A program made the translations under genes and the position numbers. The notes beneath the pieces are model-generated. The model saw nothing but the letters and a program-made list of their open reading frames with translations, was not told the DNA's origin and searched no databases. 64,000 bases of DNA from an uncultured Planctomycetia bacterium (lineage in GTDB: Bacteria > Omnitrophota > Gorgyraeia > Tantalellales > Tantalellaceae), in assembly GCA_964572255.1 (NCBI GenBank), contig CAZNEE010000001.1:395587-459586 (forward strand), written 5' to 3'. Positions 9,103-19,238 of this stretch are shown here, in pieces. The first letter of the stretch is position 1, and every line of letters begins with the position of its first letter.

Positions 9103-9253
9103 CAAGTGTTCGGACTATTCCTCGCAGGGACGTCAAAATTCCCCAGCGAGGAATTTTGACTCAAAAGTTCCCTCGCTCGTCGAGCCAATTTAACGCAGGA
9201 CACCGTGCTCGCTCGGTCACTTATGCCCTGCTCGGAACAGTCCAAACACTTGC
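9102..9253. repeat. Palindromic intergenic element, family A, long copy (MITE/REP-like)
   Basis: 20-bp terminal inverted arms (18/20 match); 40-nt core 9114-9153 is 37/40 identical to 32526-32565. Confidence 0.85.
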
Positions 9254-9263
9254 AATAAATATT

Positions 9264-10631
9264 ATGTTTAATTTCACTATTACCGACATACTCAAGATCA
9301 CCGGCGGGGAATTGTTTGCCGGAGCCGAAGAGACTCCCGTCAAAGGGTTCTCGATCGATTCAAGGACCATCAAGCCCGGGGATATATTCATTGCCGTAAA
9401 AGGTGAGCATTTTGACGGACATGATTTCATGGACCAGGCAATAAGCAGGGGCGCTTCAGGAATAATCGCAGAAAGACCGCCTTCCGGTTTAATTTCCTCG
9501 AACATGATCAAAGTTGAGAATACGATAGAAGCAATGGTGAGGATCGCCCGTTACTTAAGAGGATTATCGGATATCCCGGTAATATGCATAACCGGAACTA
9601 ACGGGAAAACAACTGTTAAAGATATTCTATCTCACATATTATCGACGAAATACAAAGTTCTTAAAAGCGAAAAGTCTTACAATAATACCATCGGGGTTTG
9701 CCTTACATTGTTTGGATTGGATGCTTCACACCAGATCGCCGTTCTTGAATTGGGGACAAATCATTTTGGCGAGATAAGGAAGCTTGCGGAGATAGCATTG
9801 CCTGATATTGCCGTTATTAATAATATAGGAAGAGGCCACATCGAATTTTTCGGGGACATTGAAGGAGTATTCAAAGAAAAGACGAGTTTACTGGATGTAT
9901 TGCCTGAAAAAGGAACGGTTTTCTTGAACAAGGACGATGCGATGCTTAGTTCCGTAAAGAAGTGTGCGTGCGGGAAAAAATTTTTTGGAAGATCGTCCGG
10001 AAGCGATCTATTGATCTCCGATATTCAAAGGCAAGAAGAAGGGTACAGCTTTCTTGTGAACGGAGAGAAATTCAATATTCCTCTTGAAGGAGAACATAAT
10101 GTTTATAATGCCGCAGCGGCTATTGCGGTGGCGAAAGAGTTCGGGATAGAGAATAGCAAAATAAAAGAAAAGCTGGCAGGTATTTCCCCGCCTGAGATGC
10201 GGCTTCAAAAAATGAAACTTGGCGATGTATTTTTTATCAACGATTCTTATAATGCCAATCCGGATTCTTTTAAAAGTGCGCTCGATGTTCTTTCCGCGGT
10301 ATCTTCAGGCGGCAGAAAAGGGATCATTGCGGGATGCATGATGGAATTGGGCGGCGAAAGCGACCGGATGCATAGAGATCTGGGAGAAGATATCGCGTTG
10401 AAAGGTTTTGATTTCCTGATAACTGTAGGCGGCAACGCAAGGCATATTGCGGAAGGGGCAAAGCATAAAGGGATGGATCCTTCCAATATCTTTGAAGCTG
10501 ACAGCAATAGGACAGCGGCCGATCATATGAAAAACATCACTAAAACGGGCGATGTGGTTCTTTTAAAAGGTTCCAGAAAAGCGAAATTGGAGGAAGTGCT
10601 TACATGTTTTACCACTTGCTGTACCCGTTAA
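9264..10631 (+). CDS. murF: MurF; the track's upstream TTG extension lies inside the repeat
   Basis: DSRTI, GTNGKTTVK, NDSYNANP, LLKGSR. Confidence 0.95.
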   Translation: MFNFTITDILKITGGELFAGAEETPVKGFSIDSRTIKPGDIFIAVKGEHFDGHDFMDQAISRGASGIIAERPPSGLISSNMIKVENTIEAMVRIARYLRGLSDIPVICITGTNGKTTVKDILSHILSTKYKVLKSEKSYNNTIGVCLTLFGLDASHQIAVLELGTNHFGEIRKLAEIALPDIAVINNIGRGHIEFFGDIEGVFKEKTSLLDVLPEKGTVFLNKDDAMLSSVKKCACGKKFFGRSSGSDLLISDIQRQEEGYSFLVNGEKFNIPLEGEHNVYNAAAAIAVAKEFGIENSKIKEKLAGISPPEMRLQKMKLGDVFFINDSYNANPDSFKSALDVLSAVSSGGRKGIIAGCMMELGGESDRMHRDLGEDIALKGFDFLITVGGNARHIAEGAKHKGMDPSNIFEADSNRTAADHMKNITKTGDVVLLKGSRKAKLEEVLTCFTTCCTR

Positions 10632-11692
10632 AAGAATTCTGGTTCGGGTTCAATATTTTCAGATACATAACTTTTCGGGCGAGCATGGCCGTTTTCACAT
10701 CTTTCGCCATTTGCGTGATATTCGGCCCTTTGGTAATAAAATGGCTTAAGGCTTTGCAGGTATGGCAGTATGTCCGCCGTGAACACGTTCATTCGCTGTA
10801 TGATCTGCACAAGCATAAAGAGGGAACCCCGACGATGGGGGGCATAATCATTATTCTTTCCGTCGTTGCTTCGTCATTATTATGGTGCCGCCTGGATAAT
10901 GATCTGGTGCTTCTTACTGTGGGAGGGATGATCTGGCTCGGGCTTGTAGGTTTTGCGGATGACATAATAAAGCTTAACAATAAAAGCGCTAAAGGCATAG
11001 CGGCGGCCACTAAACTTTTCGGCCAAATAACCCTGGCGCTTATCGTGGGCATTTTTGTTGTCAAAGGGAACCTGATAGGTACCGGGCTGTATTTGCCGTT
11101 CGTTAAAAATGCGGTAATGAACTTAGGTCTGTTTTACATGCTTTTAGTGCTTGTTGTAATAGTCGGTTCTTCCAATGCCGTGAACCTTACGGATGGCCTC
11201 GATGGTCTTGCCATAGGTTGCGTGATCTTCGTGGCCTGCACTTATGGCGTGATGAGTTATGTCACGGGCAACTCTGTTATAAGCGGCTATTTGAATGTTT
11301 TTTACCTTCCGGGTTCCGGCGAACTTTCCGTTTTTTGTGCCGCCCTGATAGGCGCGGGATTGGGTTTTTTGTGGTTCAACAGCCACCCGGCAACTGTTTT
11401 TATGGGGGATACAGGGGCGCTTTCTCTCGGCGGGGCAATAGGCATAGTGAGCATATTGATAAAAAAAGAGATACTGCTTTTTTTCGCGGGCGGAATATTT
11501 GTTATCGAAGCTTTATCGGTGATTTTACAGATATTGTCAGTTAAGACCAGAAAAAAAAGAATTTTTCTGATGTCTCCCATTCATCACCATTTTCAGTTAA
11601 AAGGATGGCATGAATCCAAGATCACCATTCGTTTCTGGATAATCGCTGCCATACTGGCTCTCTTGAGCATGGCTACGTTAAAGGTTAGATAA
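10604..11692 (+). CDS. mraY: Phospho-MurNAc-pentapeptide transferase MraY
   Basis: KEGTPTMGG, NAVNLTDGLDGL, FMGDTG, PIHHHF. Confidence 0.97.
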   Translation: MFYHLLYPLKEFWFGFNIFRYITFRASMAVFTSFAICVIFGPLVIKWLKALQVWQYVRREHVHSLYDLHKHKEGTPTMGGIIIILSVVASSLLWCRLDNDLVLLTVGGMIWLGLVGFADDIIKLNNKSAKGIAAATKLFGQITLALIVGIFVVKGNLIGTGLYLPFVKNAVMNLGLFYMLLVLVVIVGSSNAVNLTDGLDGLAIGCVIFVACTYGVMSYVTGNSVISGYLNVFYLPGSGELSVFCAALIGAGLGFLWFNSHPATVFMGDTGALSLGGAIGIVSILIKKEILLFFAGGIFVIEALSVILQILSVKTRKKRIFLMSPIHHHFQLKGWHESKITIRFWIIAAILALLSMATLKVR

Positions 11693-11700
11693 TTTTTCAT

Positions 11701-12987
11701 ATGTTGGATCTTAAAGGCAAAAAAATACTGGTAGTAGGACTCGGCATAAGCGGGTTTTCCGCCGCCAGACTTCTTTCGGGCAAAGGCGCCCTGGTAAAAG
11801 TCACGGAAAACGATGATAACGACACAATAAGGGATTATGCTGAAAAGTTATCTGAGTTTGCTGTTGAAATTGAGATCGGCGGACACACCGAAGATTTTTT
11901 TAAATTTCCGGATATGGTCGTTACAAGCCCCGGGGTGGATAACGGCGCTTTACCTCTTGCATTCGCCCGGAAGAATGATATCCCGGTGATAGGGGAACTT
12001 GAACTGGGCTGGATGTTTTGCGCCTCTCCGATCATTGCGGTAACCGGTACGAACGGTAAAACCACGACAACAGAGCTTATAGGAAAGATCCTGTTAAATT
12101 CCGGAAAAGGAGCGGTCGTTTGCGGTAATATCGGAAATCCCCTGACCGGGGAAATAGAAGATCTTGCGCGGGATAAGATCGCGGTAGTTGAAGTGAGTTC
12201 CTTTCAGCTTGATACGATAAAGAAGTTCAAACCGTACATAGCAGTCCTTCTGAATGTGACCGATGATCATTACGAAAGGCACGAAAATTACGAAAATTAC
12301 AAGAATTCAAAGTTCAGGATATTTCTTAATCAGGACGAAAACGATTGGGCGGTTTTAAATAGTTCGTTCCGCAATGATCAGGCGTTAAGGAATATAAGAA
12401 GCCGTAAGAGTTTTTTTAAAAAAGAGGATTGCGCTGACCTAGAGAGCGTTCCGTTGAAAGGTGACCATAATCTGGAAAATATAGCATGCGCGGTAGCGGT
12501 AGCTGGAATAATGGGTATCAGTAAAGCCGATGCTTACCGGACTATCGCTGCGTTTAAGGGGCTCGGGCACAGATTTGAGATCATAGGTACTTTTGGCGGC
12601 ATTGAATTTATTGACGATTCGAAAGCGACCAATATTGATGCGACCAAGAGGGCTTTGGAATCGGTTGATAAGAAAGTTGTTCTTATAGCCGGCGGCAGAG
12701 ATAAAGGGGGAGATTATCGTTCGGTCTCCTCTGTTATTAAGGAAAAAGTTTCGGCTATGGTGCTTATCGGCGAAGCCGCGGGAAGGATAAAGAACGCTTT
12801 TTCGGATGATGTGAACATTGTTGTCGCTCATACCATGCAGGATGCGGTTCGAAAGGCTTCCTCGATCGCAAAAAAAGGCGAAATAGTCATGCTTTCGCCC
12901 ATGTGTTCGAGTTTTGACATGTTTTCAAGCTACAAACAACGGGGCGAAATATTCAAAAGTTCTGTTTTATCTTTAAAAAGAGATTGA
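11701..12987 (+). CDS. murD: MurD
   Basis: GLGISG, GTNGKTTT, EVSSFQL, DDSKATN, SSFDMF. Confidence 0.96.
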   Translation: MLDLKGKKILVVGLGISGFSAARLLSGKGALVKVTENDDNDTIRDYAEKLSEFAVEIEIGGHTEDFFKFPDMVVTSPGVDNGALPLAFARKNDIPVIGELELGWMFCASPIIAVTGTNGKTTTTELIGKILLNSGKGAVVCGNIGNPLTGEIEDLARDKIAVVEVSSFQLDTIKKFKPYIAVLLNVTDDHYERHENYENYKNSKFRIFLNQDENDWAVLNSSFRNDQALRNIRSRKSFFKKEDCADLESVPLKGDHNLENIACAVAVAGIMGISKADAYRTIAAFKGLGHRFEIIGTFGGIEFIDDSKATNIDATKRALESVDKKVVLIAGGRDKGGDYRSVSSVIKEKVSAMVLIGEAAGRIKNAFSDDVNIVVAHTMQDAVRKASSIAKKGEIVMLSPMCSSFDMFSSYKQRGEIFKSSVLSLKRD

Positions 12988-13023
12988 GCTGCCTTAAATA
13001 CCGCGTTAAGGATATTCCTTAAG

Positions 13024-14109
13024 ATGAAAAGTGACGCTAAAATAGTTCTATTAATGACATCACTTCTGGTCATGATCGGGATCGTGATGATATATTCATC
13101 CAGTTCCGTTTATGCTTATGGCAATTACGGTGATAGTTTATATTTTGTTAAAAAACATCTCGTTTATTTAATGATAGGCCTTATTGCCGGTATTTTCTGT
13201 ATGAGCGTTTCCGCAAAAGCATTGGAAGAAAATGCAAGAATAGTGATGCTGGCATCAGTGATGCTTCTTTTGATCGTGCTTGTTCCGGGGATAGGAAGCC
13301 AGGCGGGCGGAGCCAGAAGATGGATACGGTTTGCCGGGTTGGGATTTCAGCCTTCGGAATTGACAAAATTAGTGCTTATCATCTATCTCGCGGACCTGAC
13401 TTCCCGGAAAAGATTTCTCATGCAGAATTTCAGGTACGGACTGGTGCCTTCTCTGTTTATCATAGGCCTTACCGGCGGGCTCATTTTATTGGAGCCGGAC
13501 CTGGGAACATCGGTTTCTGTTTTATTTGTCGGCCTTGTTATGTTATTTGCCTCGGGTGTCAGGATAAAGCATCTTGCTTCGATTACAGCTGCGGTACTTC
13601 CTTTCATGATTTTTGTCGTTGTAAGCGCGCCGTACCGTTTAAAGCGTGTAATGACGTTTTTTAACCCGTGGGCTGATGCCAGGGGGGCAGGGTTCCAGCT
13701 TATTCAGTCTTTCATCGCCTTAGGTTCGGGCGGATTTTTCGGTGTAGGGCTCGGAGCGTCGAAACAGAAGCTGTTCTATCTCCCGGAATCTCATACGGAT
13801 TTTATATTTTCTATTATCGGGGAAGAACTCGGTTTTTTCGGCACGGCATTTGTTCTGATGATATTTTCATCCCTTATATGGTTTTTGTTGAGGATAGCTT
13901 TCAGGATCAGAAGAGTTTTCGCGTCACGTGTGGTTTTGGGCGTCACGCTCATGATAGCGTTTGAGGTAATAGTGAACATCGGCGTTTCTACCGGAACGCT
14001 TCCCACTAAGGGGCTGCCGCTTCCTTTTATCAGTTACGGCGGAAGTTCTTTAGTATGCCATCTTGCCGCGATAGGCATTGTTCTTAACATGGCAAGGGAG
14101 GAGGAATAA
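13024..14109 (+). CDS. ftsW: FtsW (SEDS)
   Basis: GARRWI, QPSE, LPESHTDFIF, ISYGGSS. Confidence 0.95.
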   Translation: MKSDAKIVLLMTSLLVMIGIVMIYSSSSVYAYGNYGDSLYFVKKHLVYLMIGLIAGIFCMSVSAKALEENARIVMLASVMLLLIVLVPGIGSQAGGARRWIRFAGLGFQPSELTKLVLIIYLADLTSRKRFLMQNFRYGLVPSLFIIGLTGGLILLEPDLGTSVSVLFVGLVMLFASGVRIKHLASITAAVLPFMIFVVVSAPYRLKRVMTFFNPWADARGAGFQLIQSFIALGSGGFFGVGLGASKQKLFYLPESHTDFIFSIIGEELGFFGTAFVLMIFSSLIWFLLRIAFRIRRVFASRVVLGVTLMIAFEVIVNIGVSTGTLPTKGLPLPFISYGGSSLVCHLAAIGIVLNMAREEE

Positions 14110-15212
14110 TGAAAGTTATCCTGGCGGCCGGAGGGAGCGGGGGACATATATTCCCGTCGGTTGCGCTTGCCCGAGAATTGACCGGAAGAGGCGTGAAAGA
14201 TATATATTTTGTCGCGAGTAAAAGAAGATTGGATAAAAGCATCCTGCGAGACGCGGGAAATAAATGTTTTTTTCTCTCGGAAAACCCCATGCCTTATGAA
14301 TTGAATCTTTTCAATGCGGCAGTGTTCGCGTTTAAGCTCTTTGCCGATGCGGTGGTCTCTTTTTTCATAATTGCGGCGATCCGTCCCGATGTTGTTGTGG
14401 GGTTCGGCGGTTATTCGTCCGGTGCTGTTGTAAGATGCGCTAAGATTTTTAACCTCCCCGTTATTATACATGAGCAAAATCTTGTTCCCGGCCGGGCCAA
14501 CAAGCTGCTTTCAAAAGTTGTCGATAAAATAGCGGTGAGCTTTCCGGAATCTTCTGATCATTTTCCGATCAGTCCGGAAAGGATCGTTCATACCGGAAAT
14601 CCCATAAGAGTAGAACTATTGGCTAAAGATAAAATAGAGGCGCTTAAATATTTGGATCTATCGCCTGAGAGGAAAACAGTTCTTGTAATGGGAGGAAGCC
14701 AGGGGTCAACTTTCTTAAATACGACTGTTTCGCAGGCAGCGGGGTTGATAAAAGAAAAAAAAGGTGATAAAGTACAGTTTGTGCATCTTACCGGGAAAAA
14801 AGATTTTGAAAAGATAAAGCAATATTACGAAGAAAAAAAGATCCCGGCAAAAGTTTACTCATTTTTAGACAGAATTGATAAAGCTTATTCGGTATGCGAT
14901 ATTGCGATAAGCAGGTCCGGAGCGGCAGCTATATTTGAGTTGGCGTATTACGCTAAACCGATGTTCTTAGTGCCGTATCCCGGCAAGAAAAATAACCAGA
15001 GATATAATGCTATTTATTTTTCCCGGAAGGGCGCTGCTGTATATAAAGAAGAAGGCGACCTGGCCTCGGGGAGTATTGCGGAAGAAGTTCTTGATATCCT
15101 GGATGATCCGGCAAGTTTAGACAAGATGTGTAAACGCTCCGGACTTTTAAGCAACCCGCAGGCGGGTGAAAAACTTGCCGACGAGGTTATCAAATTAAGC
15201 GGAAAAAAATGA
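14109..15212 (+). CDS. murG: MurG
   Basis: GGSGGHIFP, HEQN, GGSQG, SRSGA. Confidence 0.96.
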   Translation: MKVILAAGGSGGHIFPSVALARELTGRGVKDIYFVASKRRLDKSILRDAGNKCFFLSENPMPYELNLFNAAVFAFKLFADAVVSFFIIAAIRPDVVVGFGGYSSGAVVRCAKIFNLPVIIHEQNLVPGRANKLLSKVVDKIAVSFPESSDHFPISPERIVHTGNPIRVELLAKDKIEALKYLDLSPERKTVLVMGGSQGSTFLNTTVSQAAGLIKEKKGDKVQFVHLTGKKDFEKIKQYYEEKKIPAKVYSFLDRIDKAYSVCDIAISRSGAAAIFELAYYAKPMFLVPYPGKKNNQRYNAIYFSRKGAAVYKEEGDLASGSIAEEVLDILDDPASLDKMCKRSGLLSNPQAGEKLADEVIKLSGKK

Positions 15213-16585
15213 AAAAAGTGCATTTCATAGGAATAGGCGGGATCGGCATGAGCGGTCTTGCCTCGATACTTCTTGAAAGAGGCGTTACTGTTTCCGGTTC
15301 CGATCTGAGACCGAATAACCTGACAGATGATCTTGCAAGGAGGGGCGCAAAGATCTATGAAGGGCATGATGCCGCGAATATAGACAGTGATGTGGATGTC
15401 ATTGTCGAGACCACCTGCATAAAAGACGATAATCCGGAAATATTGAGGAGCAAAGACCTGGGCAAGGAGATTATCTCAAGAAGCGCTTTATTGAAGATGA
15501 TGGTGGAATCGTCCCCGGTATCGATAGGGGTTACGGGAACGCATGGAAAAACAACTACAAGTGCCCTCATATCATTCATCATGGATTATTGCGGGAAGAA
15601 TCCCACAGTTGTTGTAGGCGGTGAAATAGACCGGTTCAAAGGCAATGCAAGGGAAGGAAAAGGCGGGATCCTGATCGCTGAAGTGGATGAGAGCGACGGT
15701 TATTTCCGCAACATTTCCACGACTTATGCGGTAGTTACCAACATTGAGCGGGAACACATGGAACACTTCGGTACGTTAGAGAACCTGGTCGGAGCTTATG
15801 AGGAGTTTATCGGCCGCGTATCTCCGGAAGGGTTACTTGTTTACAATGGCGAAGATCCTGTTTTATGTAAAATTGCCGGATCGGTCAATGCGGGGAAAAT
15901 AGATTTCGGGATAGACGGCGATTTTACCGCAACATGCCGGGACCATAAATGCGCGAGATCCATCGAGTTTGATTTTATCGTTTCCGGAAAAAAATACGGC
16001 AGGGTAAAGAGTCCGCTTGTAGGCAGACATAATCTGATGAATATACTTGCAGCGATAACGGTATGCCTTGAAATGGGTCTTGATTTTGAAAGATGCGTAA
16101 AAGCCGTGAACGATTTCCGCGGGGTTAAACGAAGATTCGACGCTGTGGGCAAAGTGGGATCGATCCGAGTTATAGAGGATTACGCGCATCATCCGACAGA
16201 ACTCAAAGCCGTTATAAAAGCGGCCAGGGATTATAACGCCGGAAGGGTGGTCGCTGTTTTTCAGCCGCATCGTTACAGCAGGACAAAGGATCTGGCGGAA
16301 GAATTCGCGAACTGTTTTTATGATGCGGATGTGCTTGTTTTAACCGAGATCTATTCGGCGGATGAAGACCCGTCGGCAGGTGGTGATGTCAGGGATATTT
16401 TCGAATTGGTTGATAAAGATCGTTTCCAGGAAATAGATTTTGTGAAAAAGGATGAGGTGCCCGGACTTGTTTCGGGTTTAGTTAAGGAAAATGATCTTGT
16501 TCTTGTTCTCGGTGCCGGGGACATAAGAGATATAGCGCATTTATTGCTTGATGAAATAAGAAAAAGACAGCCCGATGTTGAGTGA
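15209..16585 (+). CDS. murC: MurC
   Basis: IGIGGIGMSG, GTHGKTTT, DYAHHPTE, FQPHRYSRT. Confidence 0.97.
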   Translation: MKKVHFIGIGGIGMSGLASILLERGVTVSGSDLRPNNLTDDLARRGAKIYEGHDAANIDSDVDVIVETTCIKDDNPEILRSKDLGKEIISRSALLKMMVESSPVSIGVTGTHGKTTTSALISFIMDYCGKNPTVVVGGEIDRFKGNAREGKGGILIAEVDESDGYFRNISTTYAVVTNIEREHMEHFGTLENLVGAYEEFIGRVSPEGLLVYNGEDPVLCKIAGSVNAGKIDFGIDGDFTATCRDHKCARSIEFDFIVSGKKYGRVKSPLVGRHNLMNILAAITVCLEMGLDFERCVKAVNDFRGVKRRFDAVGKVGSIRVIEDYAHHPTELKAVIKAARDYNAGRVVAVFQPHRYSRTKDLAEEFANCFYDADVLVLTEIYSADEDPSAGGDVRDIFELVDKDRFQEIDFVKKDEVPGLVSGLVKENDLVLVLGAGDIRDIAHLLLDEIRKRQPDVE

Positions 16586-17489
16586 AAACACAATGGAAAA
16601 CTTGAGGAGCATTTCTAAACGTAGTAGCAGCTGTGTTCTGTTTGATGAACCGTTGGCTAAGCATACGACAATATCTATAGGAGGTCCTGCGGAAGCCTTA
16701 TATATGCCTTCTGATCCGGAAGAGCTTTCGGAGCTTTTGGAATTTTTAAGACGCGAAAGTATTGATTTTTTTGTTCTTGGCAACGGAAGCAATGTTCTTG
16801 TTCCCGATGATGGGTTAGATAAAGTAGTGATCAAATTGCAGGGTACGTATTTTGAGAAGAAAGTTTTTACTGATAATTACGTTACAGCCGGGGCGGGGAC
16901 AAAATTAAGCAGTCTGATCAAAGAATGCCGGAAGCGCGGACTTTCCGGTTTAGAGGGCTTGATCGGGATACCCGGAACGGTCGGAGGCGCTCTTTTCAGG
17001 AACGCTTCATACAAGTCATCTATCAGTGATCCATTAGTTAAAGTTCTCGTTATTGACCGGGATTCTGAATTAAGATGGATCGATAAGGAAGAGATCTCTT
17101 TCACGTACAGGGCATCCTCGTTCGGCAAGGCCGAGATAATCCTTGAGGCGATATTTTGTCTTGACAGCCAGCCGAGAGATTCCATCGATCAAAGGATGAA
17201 GGAGTATTTTAAGGAAAAGCTGGAAAGTCAGCCGTTAGGGGCCAGGACCCTGGGGTCTGTTTTTAAAAACCCCGGCGAAGACGATCGTAAAAGCTGGGAA
17301 CTCATTGATAAGTGCGGGTTAAGAGGGCGCTTGCGCGGGGGCGCAAAAGTATCCCAGAAGCATGCGAATTTCATAGTTAATACCGGAGGCGCGACCTCTC
17401 AGGATTTTAAGACTTTACTTGATGAGGTCAGCTCGGCGGTGAAGGAAAAGTTTTCGATAGAGCTCACACCCGAAGTGGAGATACTGTAG
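16575..17489 (+). CDS. murB: MurB
   Basis: IGGPA, LGNGSN, GIPGTVGG, GSVFKNP, HANF. Confidence 0.96.
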   Translation: MLSENTMENLRSISKRSSSCVLFDEPLAKHTTISIGGPAEALYMPSDPEELSELLEFLRRESIDFFVLGNGSNVLVPDDGLDKVVIKLQGTYFEKKVFTDNYVTAGAGTKLSSLIKECRKRGLSGLEGLIGIPGTVGGALFRNASYKSSISDPLVKVLVIDRDSELRWIDKEEISFTYRASSFGKAEIILEAIFCLDSQPRDSIDQRMKEYFKEKLESQPLGARTLGSVFKNPGEDDRKSWELIDKCGLRGRLRGGAKVSQKHANFIVNTGGATSQDFKTLLDEVSSAVKEKFSIELTPEVEIL

Positions 17490-18434
17490 ATGTCAAAAGA
17501 ATTGGAAATATTAGGAAAACACAGAATAGGCGTTTTGGCCGGCGGAACTTCCAGCGAGCGGGAGATAAGCATTAAAAGCGGCAGGGCCGTATTTGAATCC
17601 CTGAAAGAAAACGGCCTTAATGTCGATTTTATCGATATCAAAGAAGATAATCCCGAGTGGCTGGATAGAACAGATATAGACACCGCTTTTATCGCCCTGC
17701 ATGGGCGGTTCGGAGAAGATGGCACTGTGCAGAGGATGCTTGATGAAAAAAATATTATTTATACAGGGTCGGATCCGGAAGCGTCATATCTTGCTTTGGA
17801 CAAGATAGCCTCAAAAAAGATCTTTTTAAAAGAAGGCCTCCGCATACCGGAATATAAAGTTATACCGGAAGCGAGCGGCCCCGGGTCTATTGAGGACATT
17901 TGGATCCCGTGTGTTGTAAAGCCCCAGCATGAAGGTTCAAGTATAGGCCTTTCTATCGTGGATTCAAAAGATCAGCTTGCCGAAGCAATAAAGAACGCTT
18001 CGGCATATAGAGGAGATGTTATTGTCGAGAGATTTATCCCGGGGCGTGAGATAACGGTCGGATTGATAGAAGGAGAAGCGCTTCCGGTAATAGAGATCAT
18101 AGCGGCGAATAATTGTTATGACTACAATGCCAAATATCTCGCGAAAGATACAAAATATATCGTGCCGGCGGAATTAGACAACGGTATCGCCGAAAAAGCT
18201 CAGGAGATCGCCCTTAGAGCGCATAACGCTCTTGGATGCGAAGGATTTTCGCGTGTTGATATGCGGCTGGCTGATTCGGGCGATATATATGTTCTTGAGG
18301 TCAATACCATACCCGGCCTTACCGAAAGAAGCCTTCTGCCCATGGCAGCCCGGGCAGCCGGTATAGATTTTTTTGATCTGTGTGTTAAAGTATTGTATGA
18401 AGCAGTGAACAGAAATAGGATAAAGGGGGAATGA
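17490..18434 (+). CDS. ddl: D-alanine--D-alanine ligase
   Basis: GGTSSEREIS, LHGRFGEDG, EGSSIG, EVNTIPG. Confidence 0.96.
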   Translation: MSKELEILGKHRIGVLAGGTSSEREISIKSGRAVFESLKENGLNVDFIDIKEDNPEWLDRTDIDTAFIALHGRFGEDGTVQRMLDEKNIIYTGSDPEASYLALDKIASKKIFLKEGLRIPEYKVIPEASGPGSIEDIWIPCVVKPQHEGSSIGLSIVDSKDQLAEAIKNASAYRGDVIVERFIPGREITVGLIEGEALPVIEIIAANNCYDYNAKYLAKDTKYIVPAELDNGIAEKAQEIALRAHNALGCEGFSRVDMRLADSGDIYVLEVNTIPGLTERSLLPMAARAAGIDFFDLCVKVLYEAVNRNRIKGE

Positions 18435-18435
18435 C

Positions 18436-19227
18436 GTGGCAAGGAAGAAAAGATCTTCATCAAGAAAGAAAAAGAAAAGAATAAGCATGCCGTTCAAAAA
18501 CGTGTTTGCGAATAAAGGAGTTCTCATTTTCGCAGTATGTGCGGTACTGCTTGCCGGTATTATTTACGGACTGGGATATTTTTTCCTTAACAGTTCTTTT
18601 TTTAATATTAAAGAGATATCCGTGAATAAAGAACGCGGATATTCTTTTACTGAGGGCAAGGCAAAGCTGAATGATCTTTACCTCGGACATAATATTTTCA
18701 GGGTTGACCTTAAACAGGTAGAGCGTTTCGTGAAAGACAGATATCCCCATCTTAAAAAAGTTGAGGTACGGAGGATGTTCCCTGACCAGATCGAGGTGGA
18801 TATTGTCCCGAGGCAATCGGTGGCGTACATAAGCGCGGGATACAATGTGGTGATCGATAAGGAAGGAATAATATTGGGAAAGAGCGATGACGTAAAAAAC
18901 CTTGTGGAAATAAAAGGGATAAATTTCTTTTTTACCCCGAAAAGGGGGGAGAAGATAAAAGATAAACGTGTGGCGTCAGCTCTTGACCTTTTGGACGGAT
19001 TGAATAAGAATTTATCGAGGGTTTACAGGAATTTTGAATTTATTGATATTTCAGACAAAAGAAACCTCATACTCGGGATAGACGGAATGACTGTTAAGAT
19101 GGGAAGCAGCGATTTTACGGGAAAAGTAAGAAAACTCAGGCAGATATTAAGCGACCCGGATATTGATCTAAAGGATATAAACTATATTGATCTCAGATTT
19201 GATGATGCTGTGATCTCGCCAAAATAG
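18436..19227 (+). CDS. ftsQ: FtsQ/DivIB
   Basis: Basic N-tail, single TM, POTRA (VRRMFPDQIEV), C-terminal YIDLRF. Confidence 0.88.
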   Translation: MARKKRSSSRKKKKRISMPFKNVFANKGVLIFAVCAVLLAGIIYGLGYFFLNSSFFNIKEISVNKERGYSFTEGKAKLNDLYLGHNIFRVDLKQVERFVKDRYPHLKKVEVRRMFPDQIEVDIVPRQSVAYISAGYNVVIDKEGIILGKSDDVKNLVEIKGINFFFTPKRGEKIKDKRVASALDLLDGLNKNLSRVYRNFEFIDISDKRNLILGIDGMTVKMGSSDFTGKVRKLRQILSDPDIDLKDINYIDLRFDDAVISPK

Positions 19228-19238
19228 GATGAATTTAT

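Noticed and set aside
9156-9263. N-terminal extension of MurF in the ORF track
   Set aside because: Lies within or just after the family A palindrome; MurF homology starts at ATG 9264
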